Source of the DNA: Clostridia bacterium
GTDB lineage: Bacteria > Bacillota > Clostridia > UMGS1883
Assembly (NCBI GenBank): GCA_051866635.1
Contig: JBJDXJ010000006.1
Span: forward strand, 1 to 10,186
Length of the DNA stretch: 10,186 bases
Direction: 5' to 3'
The position numbers and the translations under genes are program-made. Below are positions 1 to 6,738 of the stretch, piece by piece; within the stretch, counting starts at the first letter, position 1, and each line of letters starts with the position of its first letter. Under the pieces are notes generated by a model. The model did no database searches, had not been told where the DNA came from, and saw only the letters and a program-made list of their open reading frames with translations.

Positions 1-350
1 CACGCTGTCGGGGATTGTTATCTCCTTTAAACTGCTGCAGAAACAAAACGCATTATTCCCTATACTCGTCACGCTATCGGGGATTGTGACGCTCGTTAAA
101 CTGCTGCAACTATAAAACGCACCCTCCCTAATAATCGTCACGCTGTCGGGGATTGTTAACTCCGTTAAACTGCTGCAACTATAAAACGCACCATCCCCTA
201 TACTCGTCACGCTGTCGGGGATTGTGACGCTCATTAAACTGTTGCAACTATCAAACGCATTATCCCCTATACTCGTCACGCTGTCGGGGATTGTGACGCT
301 CATTAAACTGCTGCAACCATAAAACGCATACATCCCTATACTTGTCACAC
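1..350. repeat. Intragenic 69-bp tandem repeat (about 5 units visible) encoding the LRR units
   Basis: CGTCACGCT(G/A)TCGGGGATTGT recurs at 67, 136, 205 and 274, is degenerate at 343 and partial at 1; period is exactly 69 bp = 23 codons. Confidence 0.95.
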
Positions 351-594
351 CGCTGTCAATCACAACAGATTTGATAATTGACCGATTTCTGTACCACGGC
401 ACAGATGAAAAAAATTTCCAGACTGTCATACCACCACTGCCGCTTATTGTAAGGGTACCTTCATCGTCAAGTGCCCACGTTAAATTTTCGCCGCAAGTAC
501 CGCTTGCCGTTTCGGCAAATACCGGCATTGGCACTGTCAAAACGATGTTAAAAACCATGCAGAGTATTAGCACCGTACATAAAAACTTTTTCAT
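1..594 (-). CDS. Secreted/surface BspA-like (LRR_5 / TpLRR) leucine-rich repeat protein, 5' part; runs off the left edge
   Basis: Not in the ORF track because no stop lies in the window. ATG at 594-592 with GAGGTG RBS at 607-602. Manual translation: signal peptide MKKFLCTVLILCMVFNIVLTVPMPVFA, cap SGTCGENLTWALDDEGTLTISGSG...PWY, then 23-aa repeats such as SVTIPDSVTSIGDNAFDSCNSLM. Confidence 0.93.
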   Translation of the reverse strand, partial: MKKFLCTVLILCMVFNIVLTVPMPVFAETASGTCGENLTWALDDEGTLTISGSGGMTVWKFFSSVPWYRNRSIIKSVVIDSGVTSIGMYAFYGCSSLMSVTIPDSVTSIGDNAFDSCNSLMSVTIPDSVTSIGDGAFYSCSSLTELTIPDSVTIIREGAFYSCSSLTSVTIPDSVTSIGNNAFCFCSSLKEITIPDSV

Positions 595-702
595 AAAACT
601 TCACCTCACTGAAAACTTGGTTTTAATATATCACAATTTCTATATTTTAGTCAATATAAATATATTATATTATGAATATATTTATAATATATTTTAAAAT
701 AT

Positions 703-737
703 TGATTTATATTATAATAAATCACGAGGTGATTTAT
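703..737. promoter_or_regulatory. Three TGATTTAT boxes in alternating orientation overlapping the RBS of the RHH gene (putative operator)
   Basis: TGATTTAT 703-710 (+), ATAAATCA 717-724 (-), TGATTTAT 730-737 (+); GAGGTG RBS at 726-731. Confidence 0.5.
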
Positions 738-920
738 GTGGCTAAAAATGTTATACGAATAAACAAAAAAGGCGAAGACGGCTACAAAGTAATATCCGTC
801 CGTATAAAAGAAGGTGTATTAAAAAAGATTGACGATTTATCCGAGCAAAGCAACCGTTCCCGAAACGAACTTATAAATATTATCCTGGAAAGCTCCGTTG
901 ACGACGTGGAAATAAACTAA
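738..920 (+). CDS. Ribbon-helix-helix (CopG-like) DNA-binding protein, 60 aa
   Basis: GTG start at 738 after GAGGTG is better supported than the track start at 672. VISVRIKEGVLKKIDDLSEQSNRSRNELINIILE fits the RHH strand-helix-helix pattern. Confidence 0.85.
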   Translation: MAKNVIRINKKGEDGYKVISVRIKEGVLKKIDDLSEQSNRSRNELINIILESSVDDVEIN

Positions 921-950
921 AATCCCAAGCAAAATTTGCTTGGGATTTTT
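919..950. terminator. Probable bidirectional intrinsic terminator
   Basis: AAAATCCCAAGCAAA / TTTGCTTGGGATTTT inverted repeat with A and T tracts, between convergent genes. Confidence 0.85.
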
Positions 951-984
951 AATATGCAAAACAGTAAACGGCTATATTTTTGCC
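947..984 (+). repeat. Imperfect 38-bp direct repeat, copy 1 (copy 2 at 2957-2994)
   Basis: TTTTAATATGCAAAACAGTAAACGGCTATATTTTTGCC vs TTTTAATATTCAAAACCGTAAACGGCAGCATTTTTGTC; 32/38 identical with no gaps, counted by hand. Confidence 0.8.
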
Positions 985-1004
985 GATAAGTTATGATTTA
1001 GTTG

Positions 1005-1211
1005 TTACACAGCTTGCCGTGCGGCAATATATAAATCAATATCCTCTATAATATAATTGCTGCCGGTAGTGTGCAATGCTTCAAAACAGCTTACTATATA
1101 TTCCGAAACCTTATACTTACTAAAAATTTCTGCAACCTGCTTACCTGTGAGATTTTTTGCCGATTTATACTGTTCAATGCAAAAAATTAAAAAATTACCT
1201 TCTTTACTCAC
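1005..1211 (-). CDS. DUF3791-family small protein
   Basis: FxIFCIEQYK..KNLTGKQVAEIF.KY.V.EYI..CFEALHT.G..YIIEDID pattern; GTG start with GGAGGAGG RBS; DUF3990 neighbour. Confidence 0.8.
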   Translation of the reverse strand: MSKEGNFLIFCIEQYKSAKNLTGKQVAEIFSKYKVSEYIVSCFEALHTTGSNYIIEDIDLYIAARQAV

Positions 1212-1213
1212 AA

Positions 1214-1453
1214 TTACACCTCCTCCGGGAATAGAAAGCCGCCCGTTTTCTGTTCTTCGTCAAACATATTGAATAGCGTTAAGGGGCTTAAGTGCCACAA
1301 TTTTGTTTCCTCCTGCTCTAAAGCTTCATACACTTTTGATTTATAGAATATATCCGATGCCTCTATTTCATCCCATGAATAGTTTTTCACAATCAGTTCA
1401 ATTACAGCAGGAACTATTAAAATCAGCATTGCTTCAAACTTTTTCTTATCCAT
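1214..1453 (-). CDS. Conserved hypothetical protein of DUF3990 operons (DUF3791-like, acidic)
   Basis: 79 aa with motif FYKSKVYEALEQEETKLWHLSPLTL; TAATG overlap with the upstream gene. Confidence 0.75.
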   Translation of the reverse strand: MDKKKFEAMLILIVPAVIELIVKNYSWDEIEASDIFYKSKVYEALEQEETKLWHLSPLTLFNMFDEEQKTGGFLFPEEV

Positions 1454-1944
1454 TAAAACTCCTCCTCCGGCACCGTTCCCGTAAATTTCAAATACGAAAA
1501 TGCTTTTTCTGAGGCAAACACCATTTGATCATAAAGCTTTTTTACTTTCAACGCTTCAAGAGTTTGTTCCTTTGTCAACGCACCTGCCTGATAAAGAGTA
1601 AATGTTGTATATACGTCATCATTTGCTACCGGTCCGTAAATTATGTCGTAATTTTCGCCTTTATAATTTCCGGAACGGTTTGCGGCTACAAAGTCGAGCC
1701 ATTCTTCATCAGGTGCATTAAACCTTAAGACTAAACATTCTTCAAATATTTTTTTCTCGTCAACCTCATATATTAAAACTTGCATTTTCCCCTCTTTTTT
1801 TCTTTTAAAAACCTTTTGGGCAAAATTAATCGCTTGCACCTTATTAGTTGTTGTATAAAAACCAAAGCCAAAATCAAGAAATCTGTTCTGCGGTATAAGT
1901 TTTGGTTGCCTGGCAACAATATTACTGCCGTGATAAACTATCAT
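1453..1944 (-). CDS. DUF3990-family protein (putative ADP-ribosyltransferase-like fold)
   Basis: Motifs [43 protein letters not shown] and QMVF; ATGA overlap with the upstream gene. Confidence 0.85.
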   Translation of the reverse strand: MIVYHGSNIVARQPKLIPQNRFLDFGFGFYTTTNKVQAINFAQKVFKRKKEGKMQVLIYEVDEKKIFEECLVLRFNAPDEEWLDFVAANRSGNYKGENYDIIYGPVANDDVYTTFTLYQAGALTKEQTLEALKVKKLYDQMVFASEKAFSYLKFTGTVPEEEF

Positions 1945-2240
1945 ATGTTCCCCTCCAATGCCTTTTGTGCAATTTTCAATTCACCTTCAAGTGATTTTAT
2001 CATCACTTCAATATGCTTCCTTTTTTCGATAAGCATTTCGATTTCTCCGGCATCTTTGCCAAGATATTTCGTCACTATTTTTTTACCGTCACGATATTTT
2101 AAGTAATAATACACCTTCCCGTTTTTGTCAACGGACGAAACACTCCCCTTTGGAAGACGGCTTAAAATACCCCTGTATTCATCAAGCATATACTCTATCC
2201 TGTGTTTTTCTTTAAGTATAGTATTAATTATCAAATTCAC
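1941..2240 (-). CDS. Hypothetical basic protein, first gene of the DUF3990 operon
   Basis: Helical ends flank the core LPKGSV...[25 protein letters not shown] at 2240 follows an AGGTGA RBS (2251-2246); the track start at 2249 would be essentially leaderless. Confidence 0.75.
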   Translation of the reverse strand: MNLIINTILKEKHRIEYMLDEYRGILSRLPKGSVSSVDKNGKVYYYLKYRDGKKIVTKYLGKDAGEIEMLIEKRKHIEVMIKSLEGELKIAQKALEGNI

Positions 2241-2257
2241 ACCTATCACCTACGGTT

Positions 2258-2286
2258 ATTATATACAACATTTCTAAAAATGTCAA
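2258..2286 (-). promoter_or_regulatory. Consensus sigma-A promoter of the DUF3990 operon
   Basis: TTGACA (2286-2281) - 17 nt - TATAAT (2263-2258). Confidence 0.85.
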
Positions 2287-2358
2287 CCATTGTTGTAGAC
2301 AACGGTTGAAAATCCATAGCTTTTGGCATAACCTTTTGTATAATAACATTTTTTGTAA

Positions 2359-2395
2359 AAAACAATCCGCTGATTACATTTCAGCGGATTGTTTT
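2359..2395. terminator. Hairpin overlapping the 3' end of the Arc-like gene; terminator-like
   Basis: AAAACAATCCGCTGA / TCAGCGGATTGTTTT 15-bp inverted repeat with a 7-nt loop holding the stop codon; T tracts on both strands. Confidence 0.75.
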
Positions 2396-2553
2396 ATTTC
2401 ACCATGTTCTTTTTCAAAAGCGGCTATTCTCTTTTTAATCATTTGCTCAAGCTCTTTATTCTTTGTTCTGCCCTCATATTCTGCTATATAGCCAAGTTTT
2501 TCTAACAAAACAGGATTAATACGCAATGTGTATCTTGCCAAGCAATCTTTCAT
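2374..2553 (-). CDS. Arc/TraY-like ribbon-helix-helix DNA-binding protein, 59 aa
   Basis: ATG at 2553 with GGAGG at 2565-2561; RYTLRINPVLLEKLGYIAEYEGRTKNKELEQMIKKRI is an Arc-type RHH pattern. Confidence 0.85.
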   Translation of the reverse strand: MKDCLARYTLRINPVLLEKLGYIAEYEGRTKNKELEQMIKKRIAAFEKEHGEIKQSAEM

Positions 2554-2576
2554 TTTGACGCCTCCAAAATTAACTA

Positions 2577-2605
2577 TTGACATCATTATAGCGTCACAGT
2601 ATAAT
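2577..2605 (+). promoter_or_regulatory. Perfect sigma-A promoter divergent from the Arc-like gene, with an embedded TGAC-N11-GTCA inverted repeat
   Basis: TTGACA 2577-2582 - 17 nt - TATAAT 2600-2605; TGAC 2578-2581 / GTCA 2593-2596. Confidence 0.8.
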
Positions 2606-2659
2606 TATATGTAATAATGAAGCAATTTTGACTCATAGTTTTTTAAAGGGCTGATATAT

Positions 2660-2732
2660 TTGATTTGCACATTTGGCGGTGCTTACCAAAATGTTACGCC
2701 AAGGAAAAACCGTAATTAATTTGTCGGAATAA
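2660..2732 (+). pseudogene. Probable internally deleted remnant of a SLOG/DUF1273-like small gene
   Basis: TTG start reads MICTF-GGAYQ; after a +1 frameshift it reads MLRQGKTVINLSE*. These resemble the recalled N- and C-terminal motifs (CTFxGHR...GGA...GKxVINL) of a clostridial family often divergent from Arc-like genes. Lies just downstream of the perfect promoter. Confidence 0.5.
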
Positions 2733-2790
2733 TACATAAAGTCATTTTTGCTTTAATGTATAATCAAATACTTTTTTAACAGAAATATGA

Positions 2791-2956
2791 GAGGAGCTGT
2801 AAAAAAAGTCTCTAAAGAAATAAGTTAAGACCATTTGGGACAGCCCCCCTTTGGCAAATTGGGAGATAATTTGCCAAAGAAACCTTGCGAGGTTTTGTTG
2901 GGACAGTCCCGAAATGGTCTTTTTGTTATCTCAGAGCCACTTTTTTTTACAGCCTC
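2791..2956. mobile_element. ~165-bp nested-palindromic MITE-like element, copy 1
   Basis: Near-identical to 7373-7533 (2868-2947 identical to 7447-7526); terminal inverted repeats GAGG(AG)CTGTAAAAAAAGT / ACTTTTTTTTACAGCCTC; no ORF. Confidence 0.8.
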
Positions 2957-2994
2957 TTTTAATATTCAAAACCGTAAACGGCAGCATTTTTGTC
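2957..2994 (+). repeat. Imperfect 38-bp direct repeat, copy 2
   Basis: 32/38 identical to 947-984, offset 2010 bp. Confidence 0.8.
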
Positions 2995-3024
2995 AAGTTT
3001 ATTAAATGGATTTAACAAACTTGA
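2993..3024. other. AT-rich hairpin downstream of sigG
   Basis: TCAAGTTT-A-TTAAAT / ATTTAA-C-AAACTTGA; the single mismatch is a G-U pair on the minus (sigG) strand; no U tail on that strand. Confidence 0.5.
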
Positions 3025-3087
3025 TTTACTTTTAGAGTTTATTAATTTTATATTACATTTTTCCAAAAAATCGCATAAACAATCGAG

Positions 3088-3855
3088 CTACACATACTTT
3101 TTCATATGCTTAATTGCACTTTTTTCAAGCCGTGACACCTGTGCCTGGCTTATGCCAATTTCCTCGGCAACCTCGGTTTGTGTTCTGCCACGGAAAAACC
3201 TAAGGTCAAGTATTTGTTTTTCCTTATCATTTAAGTGGTCCATAGCTTCCTTTAAAACAATATGCTCAATCCATGATTCATCATTCTTTTCATCGGACAG
3301 TTGGTCCATAACAAACACCGCATCACCACCGTCATGGTACACAGGCTCAAACAGGCTTATAGGCTCGCTTATTGCATCTAATGCAAAAACTATTTCCTCC
3401 TTGGGTTTCTCAAGTTCCTTTGCAATTTCGTCTATGGTGGGTTCTTTTCCGTTAAGATTTGTAAGCCGTTCTTTAATGCTCAATGCACGGTATGCCGTAT
3501 CCCTTAAAGAACGGGATACACGTATGGAATTATAGTCACGAAGGTACCTTCTTATCTCCCCTATTATCATTGGTACGGCATAGGTGGAAAACTGCACCCC
3601 CTGCTCCGTATCAAAATTGTCAAGTGCTTTGATAAGCCCAATACACCCTACCTGAAACAAGTCGTCGGGGTTTTCGCCTCGGGAAGAAAACCTGCCTATA
3701 ATACTTAAAACAAGCCTCAAATTTCCATTTATGAACTGTTCCCTTGCTGACATATCGCCTTCTTTTATTTTTACAAAAAGTTCTTCCTTTTCTTTAGCTG
3801 AAAGCACAGGTAATTTGGAAGTATTAACTCCGCATATTTCTACTTTATTTATCAT
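3088..3855 (-). CDS. sigG: RNA polymerase sporulation sigma factor SigG
   Basis: Diagnostic N-terminus NKVEICGVNTSKLPVL, region 2 GNLRLVLS..DDLFQVGCIGLIKA..FSTYAVPMIIGEIRRYLRD, region 4 TQTEVAEEIGISQAQVSRLEK. ATG at 3855 follows GGAGG at 3865-3861. Confidence 0.95.
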   Translation of the reverse strand: MINKVEICGVNTSKLPVLSAKEKEELFVKIKEGDMSAREQFINGNLRLVLSIIGRFSSRGENPDDLFQVGCIGLIKALDNFDTEQGVQFSTYAVPMIIGEIRRYLRDYNSIRVSRSLRDTAYRALSIKERLTNLNGKEPTIDEIAKELEKPKEEIVFALDAISEPISLFEPVYHDGGDAVFVMDQLSDEKNDESWIEHIVLKEAMDHLNDKEKQILDLRFFRGRTQTEVAEEIGISQAQVSRLEKSAIKHMKKYV

Positions 3856-3856
3856 A

Positions 3857-3912
3857 AAATCCTCCATAAGAAAGATATATTAAAATCTTTCCCACAGAGG
3901 ATTTTTTTATTC
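3857..3912 (-). promoter_or_regulatory. Putative SigF/SigG-type promoter of sigG overlapped by an RBS-sequestering stem
   Basis: GAATA (3912-3908) - 15 nt - GGAAAGATT (3892-3884) fits G(A/C/T)ATA-N15-GGnnAnAnT. Stem AAAATCCTCTGTGGGAAAGAT / ATCTTTCTTATGGAGGATTTT. Confidence 0.65.
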
Positions 3913-3951
3913 CAATATAGGAAATTAGAAATTCCCTATATTGGAATAAAA
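3905..3951. repeat. 17-bp perfect inverted repeat
   Basis: TTTTATTCCAATATAGG (3905-3921) / CCTATATTGGAATAAAA (3935-3951). Confidence 0.85.
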
Positions 3952-3965
3952 TGCATTTTATCATA

Positions 3966-4079
3966 TTGCCGTGCGAGAATTTCCTCACATGCTCGGAAAA
4001 TGCAGATGGCGTAACAAAGTGTTTGCTCCTGTGTTCGCTTTAGCTAAGCTAATGCCAAAGGTGAGGAGACACTTTGTTA
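3966..4079 (+). repeat. Two-hairpin element, copy B (hairpin 1 homologous to 9551-9597 minus)
   Basis: Hairpin 1 GCCGTGC..TTTCC..GGAAA..GCAGATGGC (3968-4010), one base, then hairpin 2 TAACAAAGTGT..CTCCT / AGGAG-ACACTTTGTTA (4012-4079), which contains the rarA stop. Confidence 0.7.
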
Positions 4080-5339
4080 TTGTTCCTTACTCTTTACGCT
4101 TTTCCAATAATTCTCATTGGCAGATTCAATTTTATTTTTCCCGTAAATATAGTATTTTTTATTTTTTAATTTATCGGGTAAATACTGTTGCTCAACATAA
4201 TTGTTCGGATAGGAATGAGGGTATTTATATCCAACACCGTGACCTAAACTTTCACTGCCTTTGTAGTGGCTATCCTTTAAATGGGCAGGCACTTCCCCCG
4301 TGTCACCTTTTGCAATATCATTCATGGCTTCATCAATTGCACAAATTGCACTGTTTGACTTTGGTGCTGTTGCAAGCATTATAACTGCCTCCGCCAAAGG
4401 TATCCGTGCTTCGGGAAGCCCCAGTTGCAGTGCCGCATCTACACACGCCTTTGTTATAACTATTGCATTGGGATATGCCAAACCTATATCCTCTGCCGCC
4501 ATAACAAGTAATCGTCTGCAAACACTTTGAATATCACCGGCTGTAAGAAGTCGTGCCATATAATGAATAGCTGCATCTACATCGCTTCCACGGACAGATT
4601 TCTGGAATGCAGAAAGCACATCATAGTGATCGTCACCGTCACGGTCATGGCGGAAGCTTTTTTTACTTGTGGTTTCCTCCACTATTTCAAGTGTAATATT
4701 CTTTTTACCCTCACTATCCCACTTGGCGGAAAGTGCCGCAACCTCCAAGGTGTTCAACGCTTTTCTAACATCACCGGAACAGGTGTTTGCAATATGTTCT
4801 TTTGCATCGGGATTTATAGAGACATTATCCCCCATTTCACCCAAAGCTCTGTCAAGGGCAATAACAATATCACCGGGGCTTACAGGCGAAAATTCAAAAA
4901 CCGTGCAACGTGACAATATGGCATTATAGACATAAAAGTAAGGGTTTTCTGTAGTGGAGGCAATAAGTGTAACCTTGCCGTTTTCAATACATTCAAGAAG
5001 GCTCTGCTGTTGCTTTTTATTGAAATTCTGTATTTCGTCTAAATACAACAGAACACCATCGGTACCGAAAAGCATTTCACTTTCCTGTATAACCTGTTTT
5101 ACATCCGAAACGGAAGCGTTTGTAGCGTTAAGTTTATACAGCCTTTTATTTGCACGCTTTGCCGCAATGTTGGCAACAGTTGTCTTGCCGACGCCGCTGG
5201 GTCCGTAGAAAATCATATTAGGGATATTACCGCTTTCCAAAATGTTTCTTAAAACCTTCCCCTCGTCCAGTAAATGGTGCTGTCCAACAACCATATTCAA
5301 TTCATCAGGACGTATCCTGTCCGCCAAAGGACTGCTCAT
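4077..5339 (-). CDS. rarA: Replication-associated recombination protein A (RarA/MgsA AAA+ ATPase)
   Basis: PLADRIRP, VVGQHHLL, Walker A GPSGVGKTT, LDEI, ASTTENPYF, SAFQKSVRGSD, EDIGLAYP, APKSNS, YKYPH..QQYLP; start MSSPL at 5339 after a GAAGGAAG RBS. Confidence 0.96.
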   Translation of the reverse strand: MSSPLADRIRPDELNMVVGQHHLLDEGKVLRNILESGNIPNMIFYGPSGVGKTTVANIAAKRANKRLYKLNATNASVSDVKQVIQESEMLFGTDGVLLYLDEIQNFNKKQQQSLLECIENGKVTLIASTTENPYFYVYNAILSRCTVFEFSPVSPGDIVIALDRALGEMGDNVSINPDAKEHIANTCSGDVRKALNTLEVAALSAKWDSEGKKNITLEIVEETTSKKSFRHDRDGDDHYDVLSAFQKSVRGSDVDAAIHYMARLLTAGDIQSVCRRLLVMAAEDIGLAYPNAIVITKACVDAALQLGLPEARIPLAEAVIMLATAPKSNSAICAIDEAMNDIAKGDTGEVPAHLKDSHYKGSESLGHGVGYKYPHSYPNNYVEQQYLPDKLKNKKYYIYGKNKIESANENYWKSVKSKEQ

Positions 5340-5366
5340 AAAAATCTTCCTTCTCTTAAAAATCAA

Positions 5367-5392
5367 GCAAACTCAGGCTTACCTGAGTTTGC
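5367..5392 (-). terminator. Terminator-like hairpin between glyA and rarA
   Basis: GCAAACTCAGG / CCTGAGTTTGC stem followed on the minus strand by TTGATTTTT (interrupted U tract). Confidence 0.65.
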
Positions 5393-5408
5393 AAAAAAGC
5401 TGTTATCA

Positions 5409-6641
5409 TTAGTAAAGAGGGTATTTGTCGCAAAGAGTCTTTACTCTCCGTCTGATTTCATCCTGCTTTGTTTCAAATTCACAAGCAGTAAGATACATCA
5501 AGTCCGCAATTTCTTTCATATCCTCTTCTTTGAAGCCACGTGTCGTAACAGCAGGTGTACCAACTCTGATACCGCTTGTAACGCCGGGCTTTTCAGGGTC
5601 AAAGGGGATTGCATTTTTATTAACTGTAATACCAACCTCGTCAAGGCGGTGTTCAAATTCCTTACCTGTCATATTAAATGGACGAAGGTCAACTAACATA
5701 AGGTGGTTGTCAGTTCCGCCCGAAACAAGGTCAAAGCCCTTGTCTAAAAGTGCTATGCTGAGAGCCTTTGCATTTTTAGCAATTTGATGCTGATAGTTCT
5801 TAAATTCTTCGGAAGATGCTTCTTTGAAGCATACAGCCTTAGCCGCAATAATATGCATCAAAGGACCGCCCTGTATTCCGGGGAACACAGCCTTGTTAAT
5901 AGCCTTTGCATGTTCTTCTTTGCACAAAATAAGTCCGCCACGGGGACCGCGAAGAGTCTTATGGGTTGTAGTTGTAACGAAGTCAGCGTAAGGCACAGGA
6001 GAAGGATGAACACCTGCCGCAACCAAGCCTGCAATGTGTGCCATATCAACCATAAAATATGCGCCCACTTCTTTTGCAATTTCGCTAAATTTCTTAAAGT
6101 CAATCTCTCTTGAATATGCACTTGCACCTGCTAAGATAAGCTTAGGCTTACATTCGTGTGCAAGTCGTCTGATTTCTTCATAATCAATAACCTGTTCATC
6201 CTCAGTTACACCGTAGGGAACAATGTTAAAGTATTTACCACTCATATTAACGGGACTGCCGTGTGAGAGGTGACCACCATGTGCAAGGCTCATGGAAAGA
6301 ACAGTGTCGCCCGGGTTTAAAACAGCAAAAAATACTGCCATATTTGCCTGTGCACCACTGTGAGGCTGTACGTTTGCATGTTCAGCACCGAAAAGTGCCT
6401 TTGCTCTTTCTATTGCAAGAGTTTCAACTTCATCAACGTATTCACAGCCACCGTAGTATCTCTTTCCGGGATAACCTTCAGCGTATTTGTTTGTAAGAGG
6501 ACTGCCCATAGCTTCTAAAACAGCTTCGCTTACAAAATTTTCAGAAGCGATAAGTTCAATCTTGTTTCTCTGTCTTCCGATTTCACGTTGCATCGCTTCA
6601 TAAACATCAATGTCAACTTCTTTAACTTTGTTAAATTCCAT
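5409..6641 (-). CDS. glyA: Serine hydroxymethyltransferase
   Basis: [38 protein letters not shown]-lysine motif [31 protein letters not shown] at 6641 after AAAGGAG; the longer track start overlaps the promoter. Confidence 0.98.
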   Translation of the reverse strand: MEFNKVKEVDIDVYEAMQREIGRQRNKIELIASENFVSEAVLEAMGSPLTNKYAEGYPGKRYYGGCEYVDEVETLAIERAKALFGAEHANVQPHSGAQANMAVFFAVLNPGDTVLSMSLAHGGHLSHGSPVNMSGKYFNIVPYGVTEDEQVIDYEEIRRLAHECKPKLILAGASAYSREIDFKKFSEIAKEVGAYFMVDMAHIAGLVAAGVHPSPVPYADFVTTTTHKTLRGPRGGLILCKEEHAKAINKAVFPGIQGGPLMHIIAAKAVCFKEASSEEFKNYQHQIAKNAKALSIALLDKGFDLVSGGTDNHLMLVDLRPFNMTGKEFEHRLDEVGITVNKNAIPFDPEKPGVTSGIRVGTPAVTTRGFKEEDMKEIADLMYLTACEFETKQDEIRRRVKTLCDKYPLY

Positions 6642-6672
6642 GGTAATTCTCCTTTGAAAAAAACTTGACTTC

Positions 6673-6701
6673 ATTATAACTAATAATTCTTTATTTTTCA
6701 A
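6673..6701 (-). promoter_or_regulatory. Sigma-A promoter of glyA
   Basis: TTGAAA (6701-6696) - 17 nt - TATAAT (6678-6673). Confidence 0.7.
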
Positions 6702-6738
6702 GCACTTTGTGATAAAATATTGCATGAGGTGAGAAAAT

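Noticed and set aside
1-350. CRISPR array
   Set aside because: Contiguous 69-bp in-frame coding repeats with no unique spacers.
1-350. Diversity-generating retroelement target
   Set aside because: Differences are not adenine-specific, and no reverse transcriptase or template repeat is in the window.
371-697. 108-aa plus-strand ORF
   Set aside because: Antisense shadow of the LRR gene running into AT-rich promoter DNA.
1057-2491. Plus-strand ORFs 1057-1272, 1303-1512, 1525-1728, 1780-2106 and 2306-2491
   Set aside because: Antisense to well-supported genes, with no RBS or recognisable motifs.
3966-4010. Group II intron domain V or known riboswitch identity for the shared hairpin
   Set aside because: Only superficial likeness; the catalytic triad/GNRA geometry and the other domains are not evident.
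2990-6496. Alternative ORFs overlapping sigG, rarA and glyA, including 3971-4384
   Set aside because: Shadow frames of conserved genes. The N-terminal similarity of 3971-4384 to the uORF at 9597 just reflects the shared DNA repeat.
6642-6725. N-terminal extension of GlyA, or a ZTP/glycine riboswitch
   Set aside because: A clear RBS precedes ATG 6641 and the promoter lies just upstream, leaving a leader too short for a riboswitch.
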